A DNA stretch of 64,000 nt from Amphiscolops sp. MND2022 (lineage: Eukaryota), in contig OZ076409.1 of assembly GCA_964187785.1 (NCBI GenBank), positions 41,976,001 to 42,040,000 on the forward strand, given 5' to 3'. Under the pieces are notes generated by a model that saw nothing but the letters and a program-made list of their open reading frames with translations, was not told the DNA's origin and made no database searches. How positions within the stretch are numbered: the first letter of the stretch is position 1; every line of letters begins with the position of its first letter. The position numbers and the translations under genes are program-made. Positions 39,101-47,273 of the stretch are shown here, piece by piece.

Positions 39101-39526
39101 GAGGGCGACATAGTGTTAGCATGCCCTGCTGACCTGAAGACCAACTCTGCCGCCCTGCGATATGTGCTGCGGGAGTGCGGCATGGAAGATGTATTTGCCT
39201 TACGACCTAAAGTGGGCGAGATTCTCACTATCCCGCCCGATGTGAACCCCAACCCCAACCAAAGTATTCACCTGTTGATAGTCCGTGCTAACCAGCGCGC
39301 ACCGCTGCTGACAGACGACTACTTGCGTTGCATGGCGCACTTGACACAGCGCCTGATTGATAAAGGATCCACACGGGTCCACCTACCGATTCTGGATCCT
39401 GAGAGACCGGCTTTCTCGTTGGTTAACCTGTACCATACTCTAGCGAGCATGTTCGAGGGTACTGGTATTCACGTGGTTTTGCATAGCCGCGTATATGTAT
39501 CAATATTAACTATAGGGCTGAAGTAG
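30113..39526 (+). CDS. gag-pol: Gag-Pol polyprotein (~3137 aa from the first ATG) with a long post-integrase extension
   Basis: Uninterrupted frame (open from 29969): CFHCGQNGHFAREC knuckle 32387, LVDTGS 33206, dUTPase-like segment ~33560-33836, YIDD 34718, LDTDAS RNase H ~35150, HHCC and D-D-E integrase ~36326-36820, WRGP motif ~37234. Confidence 0.96.
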   Translation: MVLPGLEKLDMSSQSWVTIGSTMDGSHFSDEMSDEVTIEQQRKEELAAMVPPSEGSAASGSSRRTEQWVEETCRERANEAEEEWPNSNVTNELAAEEGCSRAPLGEQMSSRLQITVDEDLTYSENTSGARPQGTGVTRSNHRVCAYGKHKKVRPPMINVGERQVEVPRKRSVAGSVASSQRSSVYKAAILEAQAETQRALAELASTRAGCNDQHRAIAENMRTLQTTMREGLQVSDQLRTAQNTQGARVDALGYRMGEMNDLLMARELRVETQINDLSNQMHTVLNAINIMRRERSLPRQAGATEGVPIADSMKATESSHRSQATKPELASVLKPSTSKSTTPETRTKDPVPIMAAVERKPARVQVRGPHDSSSMSQMTSSIVRSATRDQGVDPMSPIYLDTSTEVDLSCTKATLGSQTDGAAYVTAPTMVSGTDSMYLTADWTAEDGMPSGAPCASSTRRKEDVTNLSVRATHGSDDGTDDVAPKEGEAEAISPEQLRFTAAISKAMSKELAPLLAGRDLAQTKPSVYRGSKDGSIDGWILVMQRYLKRIQTKISAEDRAWSIIGHLEGEARNYIINKAESERDTPEKVFELLSSRFGAGGNRMQVRQTFQSRVQQEKEDWMQYLDALEGLRSQGFPQESITTKRYEILQRFMEGVRDPVLRRELAIVYASETFLTEPPTVESLRFTTRQLQRNRPRPTQPQQPYDPRLAMRSRPHPFAPLPPNKMVMPQGVLPPPAPPQNVPVPAVPAPVRAPVGACFHCGQNGHFARECPNRDQARKPMTASEPEGVKVTTEDTTDGILEGHPGIYQCASCGLFDQAEVQCGEHSHAPKPNEELAYNRWAEVESAGIAAHTVPLEDDRVLMLHPAEPPAFHTPMTFTCGAKQVQTCLEPTTFDPQGRTLISIHLLLAAEQTRRPTLTLAKLWVELSILYKRNELPRPKEWYAPGESATLTTYSPVPVCASMDGVDMKFEACVVVDVFPPGICLGPQELKCYNINHQEPTGEARIDERASLVVSFVVPHAAPIPLRGLVDTGSGVSILTFSAFNRVAAKTGTVLKPYQVDLYAANGKTIKTYGLAEHIHFQLGGYELETNFVVVDDAMGVEDFLLGRNFLRSYQVLVDLTSMKIVVRAPVKPVWHHAHAQVGDTSIATPVVLDSDLVLQPFERAVARAKLVTNTLEPLIFQSVALNASLSDTTLHNVVFLEDSVATVSETGTLFVSLINLTSNPQRMRCGVQLGTVVPVTVVYQAVPQCLDSPTTTGTKTDADDSRANFVHKVYSEVNLSTASELTSSSEFEFLSSTDPSEAGLSEREIRKRTDPELMAPIPGPESQLKAVKDLWGASACESLRNLLDEFDELFMKHKADIGRCTIAKHTVEVEPGAVPHREGARRMSPEKAERANQEVRNLLALGMIQPSLSPWASGIVMVKKKNGELRFCCDFRPLNEVTIKDAYPLPRIDESLARLGKAKIYTSIDLAWAFWQIPVRKADRHKTAFACELGLFEWRRMPFGMCNASATFQRSIARALRNIVNREGSMVMAYIDDIVIATETVEDHMVRLREVFECLREAGFKMRVAKCDFMKSEIKYLGRVVSAEGVKPDPKAVVKLRDWEIPRNKTEMQSFLGFANYYREFIPWHAKLVAPLHAVTGLNATFAWGPEQQTAFNEIKKALIEATALAQPDSEGEFVLDTDASAVAISGILHQWQGPPGERRLRPIVYGSKKLTTTQAKYGAPKLEMFAAYYFIVKNHSYLCPRKFTLRVDNQALSWLKTYSTDQALIGRWIMTLEKYHFRVEHRPRTQHRNADGLSKRTNEYRCREKQLAQQPAAGERWNFLSADEFDKLPVAPWFDLQGRVIPNHPELPAHLQNLEPTAPDQLLRVLRRTKRATRRDRQAKAFAAPLPPPPALALQLHEDAYPDYPEDWIDVTDEAREDYLLPTHAVNVPSRTVYAIAGVNPVALQGTPSGVRDSIMALKDINTELHEHAHTVHGIKDLVLAQNRDVHVLALKKLVLNESIDHDVFPENVREFARNYYRQKKTLLFINKNGVLCVQYPPNQRPLHERPCMIVMPQLYQHEILFRAHDAMGHQGISKVVARIQERHTWPGIRRSVGRYVGQCLTCQQVRDKPGDVRFHLKNIQSGYFNELVQYDHLKICPSDSNNTGILVIIDHFSKFAEAVPCSHHDYDAVTTSRLLLQKWFARHGTPTRMQSDNAPNLTAEVSNEFLKAAHVTKVTSTASHPRTQGLVERQNRTLLTLLRVFCSRRMRDWDQCLDEVMGAYNSTRHATTGFSPYMLTRGVEKAIPLTFLYPEFAAKSFESHEAYVDHVLARQQEIHDLVRRNTHQAQLRQKLKYDRAIQARAYQVGELVWVFCRYVPQKGSPKLMRAWRGPHKVVQVFQDGRVYVLDTGQKVHFERLKPHHSGPLELATAHSDSGEVVVLMDPEPERSVDVVDDDKSLSSYKPEQLLSEASDASLPSRRRHWMDTRLRSKLRAGGSRPHYQQFDYSTSGTDDEQSDAMLPIPPNPVDEDLAEPAAPPTTLDQSISPARVLPQLFSDHERVRSPSPQISSEEETSLPGTSASLLTNPSLTNFLSNYPIWPTAPPIPLKSASSDSDGQPDLPDAPETSPGAGTAPSLKRGRGRPPKAQKKRLIRAKARTRKKETPRKTEAETAIQAETEAPRTAETLTEASATALRYQLRSKRQPRYKCGTCGLRDCVCLLAVNENRRVPIGARGVPPEERENLVYRLTVRAEKTYSAVERSGDYPVDTILEKLSLPGVTKAPCPRFKEWTSDGKGLEFTLPTVLPPVPSNVAFGPFNFEREPVQMVRCITADLLCDKYGVQVEPGGVYSPAPHWWLLVTAPRVEALVEPLNLLSCLESLRTLTTVDLILCFHIIDWYRGKMKFAWWLELIITCFATYPRIRLLDEWTHTFEIPLFPKAALGTLDAWVKAGSDNRAMPRSVWQDLAAVQGRTPRVCLPSDNGPGREIVYPGALYPNSAEHVSYDESDFLQAEGDIVLACPADLKTNSAALRYVLRECGMEDVFALRPKVGEILTIPPDVNPNPNQSIHLLIVRANQRAPLLTDDYLRCMAHLTQRLIDKGSTRVHLPILDPERPAFSLVNLYHTLASMFEGTGIHVVLHSRVYVSILTIGLK

Positions 39527-39820
39527 CCTTTTCATTTTAGTTGTCCCCATTTTTCCTTTGCCCTCAGTTCTTGTATCAGTTTTTGTAACAACCTTGGCAG
39601 AGCCTTGAAATGCTCTCGAGATGTTAATTTGTCATGTTGTTCACTCAAGGTTTTGTTCTAGTTCGTTAGTTAGTTAGAGTTAGATTTTAAGTTTGTAGTG
39701 GCCCCTTTATGGAGCCAGCGTTGCCTGGCTGCAATTGAGGGACGAACCGACTCGCGGCTCGTTCCAGAGAGAACTTGTCCCTGTAAGTTTAACAGTGGTC
39801 CTTTTTAGACCTATGCATTA

Positions 39821-42490
39821 ATGGCCCATTGCCCTAACAATTCAGCGCCTGCAACTGGGTCTAATAGTGCAAGGCCCCAGGAATCTGCGCGAGCGCAGAG
39901 GGTCAATCAGGCCCAATATGTCGAAGAAAGGCTGCGGGACGGTCTTTCGCCAGTAGCCGTAGCTGGAGTGGCCGCCCTACTGACCCAGCTTGAATCGATG
40001 CAAATGCTGCCAAATGCATCTTTATCAATCACCACGGAGGTGGCAAGCTATCGTCGCACCTTGACGTGCACCAACAATGCTTGGGATGGGCACGATCTGA
40101 CTCACCAGTTCTTGGACGAAAGATCAATCGCAGTGCATGGCCCCAGCCAGGGCACCAGATTCGAACAAGAAACATCACTGCGCATGATGCCCGTCAACGT
40201 CCCATCGCTGCCTTCCATTGCGGCACCAAATCCAGTGCAGATGACGCCGCATTCTAGCTCGATTGCTTATGGAGCACCATATGGAACCCGGACAACGACG
40301 ACGCAGAACACTACCAATCAACCAGCCTCAAGTCGGGAGCCCTCGGGGTCCCAACCGCCATCAGTGCCTAATCTAAATCTGATTGGACGGAGTCCCAGCG
40401 AGCAAGCAGTGATTGTGGCCCTGCAGGCTGTCGCCAACTACCCCAACTCCTCTGACTTCGTTCGTGCCGTTGAGCAAAGGATTCCCGGATTGACACATTA
40501 CTTGCAAGCTGCCGCTCAGCCCTCGGGCTGCGTCACCCCACCCACCACCCTAGCCGAAACTGTGTCTATGGAAGCAGAAACTACGGCTGGACCAAGCACC
40601 AGCGCCATGACCTATCCCCGTGAGGAAACTGGCCGGAAGCGACTTACTGAGGAAAATATCGTCGCTACACGCCATGATTCCGTGACCGACAGTCCGACCA
40701 GTCGTCCCCCTCCGGACAAGCGAGCAGATGTACCCCACCAGTCGCAGATGAAAAGTGTGGTGGTCGTGAGGCCTCCATATCGCCATGGCCACCTAGGCGT
40801 AGGCGCGCCTCAGATGTCCCTGGAAGAGGCCATCAACCGCTACGGCAGTGTGGAGGCGAATCCTGAAACGAGTCCTGTGCCCTCGGGCACAGGCTCTGCC
40901 AACATGTCCTTGGAGGTGTCCGAGACAATCGATGAGAACAATCCTCCCGCCTTTCTTCCCCCGTCCGATGACGTATCTGGGACAGTGGTGACTGGCGACA
41001 GCAAACGCATTTGGATGGCGGCGGAGTGTTTGTACCCAAACACGTGTGCGATCAGAAGGAGGGCACCGCCGTCTGACGCCGACCAGAAAGAAGTGAGCAG
41101 GATCACCATTGCGGCTCAGATAACTCGGTCGCTGCGTGCCCGTGATGCGGACATGAGCGAGCAAGCCTGGGAACAGCGTGCTCGAGAGCAACTGCCCGCG
41201 ACACCCAACAATTATATGGCTCGCCTGCAGCATGACCTCGCCGAGCAATTTCCTGCTAGGTACATGTTGCACGAAGGGGAGACCTGGGAAGCCAACGCCC
41301 GCTATGCTCGCAACATCGAATCAATGAAGCCCCTTCTGAAAGCGGCCCTGCAGCGTGCGCGCTACTGTGTGGCAGTGGACTCGACACTTAGGAGTGATCT
41401 CCCCATCGACAACCTTCTACCCGACGTGCTGGTATTAACAATGCCACTCTCCCGCTTCGCTGAGGTTGCCGAGATGGTCGCGGTCATGTATGACCCTAAC
41501 TTGAGGGGATCTCTAAGAGAGCCGCCCCCGCGACGTGTGATCTTCACAAATCTAATCGACCACATGGCTTGTGAAGGGGTGCTACGCAACCTGGATGCCC
41601 TCATGGCAGATACCCGCAGACCTGGGAGTGTAGCGTCCTTAGTGAACGTGGTTGCAGATGCAATGGAGCGTGCAGCAGGGATCCTTCGGGGTCGTCTGGG
41701 AGCGCTCGCGCTCTTCGCATCCCCGCCGGGATTCATGTATTGGCAACGAAGCTTGCAGCAATTTGTGTACATCCTGTCTGAAGTATGCAAAGCGCGCCGA
41801 ATCGAGTTCGCTATTTGCGCGCCAAATCTGCGAGTTGATCGAGGAGACCTACGCCCAGATGCATTGTCATACCCCGCCTTCTTTGCTGCCGTGTCAAGAG
41901 TACTAATCGCTGTGGAACGATCAGGAAATGCCCAACTGACTATCGACGACGCTATACTGTTCGATCATGGAATGTGTATGGGGCGCATGGCCTTCGACTT
42001 GGACGGGAATCGCGTCATGCGAGCATCCAACCTGACTGAACGAGAAGCCGTCCGACGATACAACTGGCTGGTGCGGAAGGACAAAGAAATTCCCGTACGA
42101 GCAGAGCTGGCAGAGCTCGTGAAGGAAATTGAGACCTGGCCCGCCACGCGCACGGTCGAAAGGACCATTCCCCAGATTCGATTTGCCGCGGGAATAGAAC
42201 CCGTCAAGTTGCCCGTGGGCATGAGGTACGTCGTGGCCATAGAGGCGACCAACTTGAAGGCTGAAGTAGATGCTGCCGGAATAACGTATGCCGAATGGTA
42301 TCAGTCCAGATTCGTGGACAGGACCCTGGCAGAGGTAGCTCAAGAGCTTAACTGTCCCTTGGAAGCCTTTTGTACCAGTCTCGGACTGGGCTGGAACATC
42401 GACGTGATAGCCTCTGAGTACTTGCTCACCAATGTGCAGACCGATAAATTGTTGGAAACCATCGGCGAAGCTACTGTGGGGAGATGTTAG
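39821..42490 (+). CDS. Gypsy ORF2 N-terminal part (889 aa): disordered N-terminus plus SGNH-fold-like domain
   Basis: Long sense ORF between pol and the 3' LTR; CVAVDSTLR / VLTMPLSR / VIFTNLIDH / DLRPDALSY motif series. Confidence 0.8.
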   Translation: MAHCPNNSAPATGSNSARPQESARAQRVNQAQYVEERLRDGLSPVAVAGVAALLTQLESMQMLPNASLSITTEVASYRRTLTCTNNAWDGHDLTHQFLDERSIAVHGPSQGTRFEQETSLRMMPVNVPSLPSIAAPNPVQMTPHSSSIAYGAPYGTRTTTTQNTTNQPASSREPSGSQPPSVPNLNLIGRSPSEQAVIVALQAVANYPNSSDFVRAVEQRIPGLTHYLQAAAQPSGCVTPPTTLAETVSMEAETTAGPSTSAMTYPREETGRKRLTEENIVATRHDSVTDSPTSRPPPDKRADVPHQSQMKSVVVVRPPYRHGHLGVGAPQMSLEEAINRYGSVEANPETSPVPSGTGSANMSLEVSETIDENNPPAFLPPSDDVSGTVVTGDSKRIWMAAECLYPNTCAIRRRAPPSDADQKEVSRITIAAQITRSLRARDADMSEQAWEQRAREQLPATPNNYMARLQHDLAEQFPARYMLHEGETWEANARYARNIESMKPLLKAALQRARYCVAVDSTLRSDLPIDNLLPDVLVLTMPLSRFAEVAEMVAVMYDPNLRGSLREPPPRRVIFTNLIDHMACEGVLRNLDALMADTRRPGSVASLVNVVADAMERAAGILRGRLGALALFASPPGFMYWQRSLQQFVYILSEVCKARRIEFAICAPNLRVDRGDLRPDALSYPAFFAAVSRVLIAVERSGNAQLTIDDAILFDHGMCMGRMAFDLDGNRVMRASNLTEREAVRRYNWLVRKDKEIPVRAELAELVKEIETWPATRTVERTIPQIRFAAGIEPVKLPVGMRYVVAIEATNLKAEVDAAGITYAEWYQSRFVDRTLAEVAQELNCPLEAFCTSLGLGWNIDVIASEYLLTNVQTDKLLETIGEATVGRC

Positions 42491-44100
42491 CGCTCGCGCT
42501 AGCCATGGGCCCGACGAAGTTTGTGGCAGGTCCCCTTGCTATGTTAGTCGAGTTGGTAGTGTCTAGTGATCTAGTCACTTTCTACAGCTACCTGATCCTC
42601 GCGCAGGGACAATTACGCAGCCTAACTCGATGGGGTCACCTCCTAAATTCCAAGGACCAGCAAGACTATGTCGCCCAGCTAGAACGCATGCGTGCGTCCC
42701 TCCAACATTGGTTGTACTCCACCCTAGTGTTCGCCTCTGGCTTGTTCGTAGGCGTGGATCAATCGCAACCCCTCCACCATTCCGAGCGTCAACTCCCTGC
42801 GGAAACGGCGGGATTCCCCATGCCCCAGCAAATCGCCGATTTGACTCTGGCCGAAGTGGAGGACTTCGTGGCCGTTATGGCTTCCGTCTTGGCTCCAATC
42901 TTCGGTGCGGTCGGTGTGTGCCGGTATCCCACCAGACCACTGACGAGAACAGTACAGGTGCATATGGTCTCCTTCTGCACCTATCTTCAAGGACGGCCCC
43001 CACTAACCTACCAACGAATCGTACAGGCTGTATTGAGTGGCGAGATGCCGCACGGGTACACCACCTTGAAGTCGGAGAAACAACTAGAAGAGAATTTGAT
43101 GGGTCTGTTGCGTGCTCGCACACGAAAAGCGTGCCCTTTGCCACGAGAATACGGCCCAGTCAACTGGTACTCCGCACCACTCAGCCTGAATGGAGTCCCC
43201 TTTAGATTCCCCTGGTCGCAGGAGTTCATACGCAAGGTGATCCGAGCCAGCATTAGTGCTGGTCCACCCGTAGATCCTCTGTACGCTTTCAAATGCATCA
43301 CTTTCCCAAATCACTACTGGAAGGAGCCACTGGGATGGCCTAGGGCAAAACCCGTTGGTCGCGCCCCTGAAGCCTTCAATCGACAAATCCAGTATATGGA
43401 ATTGACTCAAATCCCAAACTGGATTGAAGGAGCAGCTCAGACTCGTCAGAGAAACCTGCAGAGCCGTGTGACTCCGTTCCCAAGAAAAGCTGCCTGGCGA
43501 CCGCAAGCCAAGATGACGATGTCAGGGGATATGTCCATCGTCCAACACGATGAGATTAATTCTGTGCTAGGCTCTGAAGCCCGCGCAGAGTGGGAAGGAC
43601 ATTGTTTGGAGCTGGAAATTGCCAGCTTCCCCAAATGGAAGCGAGCTTGCGAGCTCTGGAGTCAGCCCGGCTGGGTCTCCAAGCGGATATCCTTGGCCGT
43701 GGAGAGCAGAGCTGAACTCGAGAGACAACAGGCGTTCGCGCCTACCATGCTGGCACCCACAATGGCCATGTCACTAAGTCAGCCCATCGACCGGCCCGTG
43801 ACCCTGGATTTGCCCACTCATATCCTGCAGGCAGAGCCTGTGAGTCCACCATCGACACAAGCCAGTCCTCAGTCATCACAACCCCAGACCGGAGAACACG
43901 ACGCTGAACTGACCCCCAGCACTATCCTGGTGCAGCCAATCGCCGATTTGACGCTCCCAGAGGACCTGTCCGACTCGGAAACAGTAGTTACTGTGGTTCC
44001 TGCTCAACGCAGAGCGTCAGTTGCGTCGGAAGATGCCAGCAATCCAGGAGCTCCCGATGATGCCATAAAGAATCGAGCTCGACGCAGCTCAGCCCAATAA
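42484..44100 (+). CDS. Gypsy ORF2 C-terminal part or ORF3 (538 aa), function unknown
   Basis: Overlaps the previous ORF by 7 nt; one extra G in GTGGGGAGATG would fuse the two. Confidence 0.75.
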   Translation: MLALALAMGPTKFVAGPLAMLVELVVSSDLVTFYSYLILAQGQLRSLTRWGHLLNSKDQQDYVAQLERMRASLQHWLYSTLVFASGLFVGVDQSQPLHHSERQLPAETAGFPMPQQIADLTLAEVEDFVAVMASVLAPIFGAVGVCRYPTRPLTRTVQVHMVSFCTYLQGRPPLTYQRIVQAVLSGEMPHGYTTLKSEKQLEENLMGLLRARTRKACPLPREYGPVNWYSAPLSLNGVPFRFPWSQEFIRKVIRASISAGPPVDPLYAFKCITFPNHYWKEPLGWPRAKPVGRAPEAFNRQIQYMELTQIPNWIEGAAQTRQRNLQSRVTPFPRKAAWRPQAKMTMSGDMSIVQHDEINSVLGSEARAEWEGHCLELEIASFPKWKRACELWSQPGWVSKRISLAVESRAELERQQAFAPTMLAPTMAMSLSQPIDRPVTLDLPTHILQAEPVSPPSTQASPQSSQPQTGEHDAELTPSTILVQPIADLTLPEDLSDSETVVTVVPAQRRASVASEDASNPGAPDDAIKNRARRSSAQ

Positions 44101-44876
44101 ACCCTGCCGCCACTGGGAGCGTTCGCGCTCCCTATAGACTCTAAACTCTACCGAAACTGTGCCTTCAAACTTGTTGCTTTAGCCGGTGCTACCCCTACAT
44201 GGTGCAAATTTTTGTTCATAGTTATTACTTAGTTATTGTACTGTTAGTAATGCGCTGGGTGTACGGTCAATAGAGTGCACCTGCCCCAGCTGCTTCGCCT
44301 ACAAAGTAAAAAAGAATCTATTACCAAAGAAAAACTGTTATTTCTGTTGCGCACCGTTCGCGGTGTTTTTGAGTTGCCATGGTCTAGAAAAAGTCTTAGC
44401 CTTTTAGTTACGATTTTTGCCGTTTTTTTTTGTGTTTTGGTGCTCAAGCACCTTCTATCGACTGTCTAAGGAGTAGCCGAAGCGGCGCGCTCCCAAAAGA
44501 AGTTTTATGTTGTTCGAAATTGATCGAAAACTGTAAATGACTAGTTGCACGAAAAAGGAAATTTTAGCTGACCTTGGTCGCAAAAGAATTTTTAGCGAAA
44601 ACTGCTTGCCCAAACGAGTTTTAACCGACTGAAAACCTTGGCTCTCGAGCTGGTGCTAAAACCTCGTTTGCACTTTTTGTAAAAATACTAGGCAGTAAAA
44701 TTTTCTTTAAAAAAAAAAAAACAGCGAAATTTGTCAAAAATAGTTGCTGAAAAACAAGGACTCGTCCTTGTCCCCTGTGGTGTGGATGATGATCCCCAGC
44801 AGTCTCAGCGATGCCGTTTCCAGACGAGGCCAGATGCCGCTTGCCAGGGACGACAAGCCAGAAGCCCGGGGAGTGA

Positions 44877-45596
44877 TGTAACGGCAACTGCCCATGTCAA
44901 AATTTTCGAAGCAAAAATTCGTTCAAATCTGACGTGGCACTCAAACATGCTCCAGACGAAAGACCTGTCAAAAAAGCAGATCAGAAATCAGAAATCGCCC
45001 CCGCGAGAGACGACGAGAAGAGAAGACGTAGAAAACAGTCCCTAGAACACGGTGAAGTGCTCATCTTTGGTCTTTGGCGTTTACACTACATAGGCAACAG
45101 AAACCGGTGTTCCAGATGCTCGCCTGAAGATCCTGCGGCGTCCTGTGCGGTGACGAGCGCTAGCGCTGGGAAGCCATGGTCAATTCATTCCTACTAAAAA
45201 CTCAAACTTCCGATATTGTTGTGCTTGTTGTGCTTTCCTTGTTGTAGTAGATTGATATGCTCGAGAGCTGCCCATTTACATCTATGGTTACCCCTTTTTG
45301 ATGTCGATTTTATCAGATTCTCCAATACTATGGCTCTACATCCTCCCGTTTTCAGCCCCCTTTTTAAAGGCTAATTGAGCAGTGGTCTTGAGACATGCAA
45401 GATGCCCGTTACTTTTAGCAATTACAGACTAGGACCAGGCCAGAGAGTTTCCAACAAGACGGTTCCCCCACCTTGGGACTGGCTCCTTCGGAGGGAAAAT
45501 GAGCTAGGGCCGCGGAGATCTAAGTCCCAGATTATATTCGCTGTTCTAGTTCCTCCATTCTACGTTGCGGTTCAAGCGCCAGCGCTTATCGTTACA
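44877..45596 (+). repeat. 3' LTR of the giant Gypsy
   Basis: Copy of 26688-27407 after GAAGCCCGGGGAGTGA. Confidence 0.97.
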
Positions 45597-46354
45597 ATCC
45601 ACGGACAGAGATGAACAAAAGTTTTTAAATCTTGCTACCCTGGTTTAAAAAAAAAAGAGGAAAAGACTGTATGTAAACTATAATTCTTTGATACTTGGGA
45701 TAAAATTCATCGTATTTCAGGCGATTCCTTGTTCCTCTTTGATTAGTGTTTGATTATTTGACCTTAGTTGCAGACTTTTTCCGAAATCTGAGATTATGTA
45801 TAATATAACATGGCGTTATAACTCCTGACTGTTGAATGAATTGAAGAAGAAAATGGTTTTTGGAAAAAAATTCCCCGCGACTAATCAGTAAGCAGCTTTG
45901 CAATGATAGATCACTTTTGTTGATTAAGTGATTATTTATTTTAAAATTTTTAATTTAATAAGTGTTTGTTAGTGAGTTTTCGTTTCTAGAACCATTTAAT
46001 GAATAGCATTTTTTAAGTCAGTTACAGTAGTTCAGGATGCTTTCTTGTATTTCTGGAAGAAAATTAAGAAAAAAAAACAATTTTCTCAAAATGGTATATC
46101 CGTTGCTTTCTGATACAGAATGTGAACAAATTGAATGAAAGCTGGTATTTCAAACTCTTGCAGCCGATTAAATGTTTGCCATTTTTCACAGGAATTTAGG
46201 GTTATGATGGAAGTTTTAAGGGAAAACATTTCGCAATCCGCAATTCATTGACTTCAGGATTAATGAATCTCATGGTTGAATCGATATTCTAAACATAAAC
46301 AATTATAAATAAAAGAACCCTTGAAATGATGTTCCGTTTCTTCGTGCCCAATAG

Positions 46355-46682
46355 GATTGTGACACACCAGTTGACGAACGAGACTGTGACGTCAGAGTGA
46401 CATGTGACGACATGAAGGACGACTATAAGTCTTGTTCACGCTGGGCGCAATACGGTTTTTGTGAGTTGAAAGATGCGCATTACACTTTCATGAAGGACCA
46501 CTGCGCCCGTACCTGTCAATTCTGCATCAAGACCCAAGAAGACAATGAGAATATTCTGGGTGACAAGTCAGACCTTGTGTCCAACAGACAGTGGCGAATC
46601 TACTACGACACTTCCAAACATGAGGACTACAGTGATGTCGTCGACCTCGGAATGATGACCAGACAAGAAATCAAGCTCCTGG
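46355..46682 (+). CDS. ENaC-like gene exon C: end of LDLa, ShK domain, start of channel ectodomain
   Basis: aatag|GAT ... CTGG|gttag; DCDTPVDERDC then CDDMKDDYKSCSRWAQYGFC...MKDHCARTCQFC then RQEIKLLG. Confidence 0.92.
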
Positions 46683-46952
46683 GTTAGCACGCAATGTCGT
46701 TATCATTGTAATACTATTCTTTGAATAGAAATAATTTTTGAAGGTAATGGTTAACGCCCATCTTGCCATATTTTGCTCATCGCAATGACTATATCTTGAA
46801 AATGAAGTGAATTTTTTTAAAAAGGAGCACACTATGTTTGCAAAAAAAAAGACTTTCACCAGAATGGATAAGTCCAAATGAGAAGTTTTGACAAAAATAT
46901 GTACAAAACTCGGGCGGTGCTTTCGCGATTACAACGCTGTTTTGATTTCAAG

Positions 46953-47273
46953 GTCATCAGCAGGACGAATTCATCATCCAGTGCACGTTCGATGGTAAAA
47001 CTTGTTCCAAAGACTGGTTTAAAGAATTCCAGAACGACATGTATGGAAACTGCTGGACCTTCAATGACGGATCTCAGAACACTGCCCTCTGGAACATTTC
47101 CCAGGCAGGAGTGAGACATGCCCTGCAGTTGACAGTGTTCCTGGATGTCGCCAACTATCTGGGCATTCTCTCCCACAGAACAGGTGCCCGCTTGTCCATC
47201 CAGGACCCTAGGGTTCAGCCTTTTCCAGACGAACTGGGTATCACTCTTACTCCAGGAAAACATACCAGCATAG
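46953..47273 (+). CDS. ENaC-like gene exon D
   Basis: tttcaag|GT ... ATAG|gtttgt; GHQQDEFIIQCTFDGKTC ... YGNCWTFN ... GARLSIQDP..QPFPDELGITLTPGKHTSIG. Confidence 0.95.

Larger units (their letters stand above)
26688..45596 (+). mobile_element. Giant full-length Ty3/Gypsy LTR retrotransposon (18,909 bp) in an intron
   Basis: Paired 720-bp LTRs TGTAACG...CGTTACA, PBS, PPT-like tract 44861-44876, intact Gag-PR-RT-RH-IN ORF and a second large ORF. Confidence 0.97.

Noticed and set aside
42484..42780. Envelope glycoprotein call for ORF2/3
   Set aside because: A hydrophobic stretch is present, but no signal peptide, furin site plus fusion peptide, or C-terminal anchor arrangement is evident
29941..43634. 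Many antisense ORFs within the giant Gypsy
   Set aside because: Short shadows of the long GC-rich sense ORFs with no recognisable motifs
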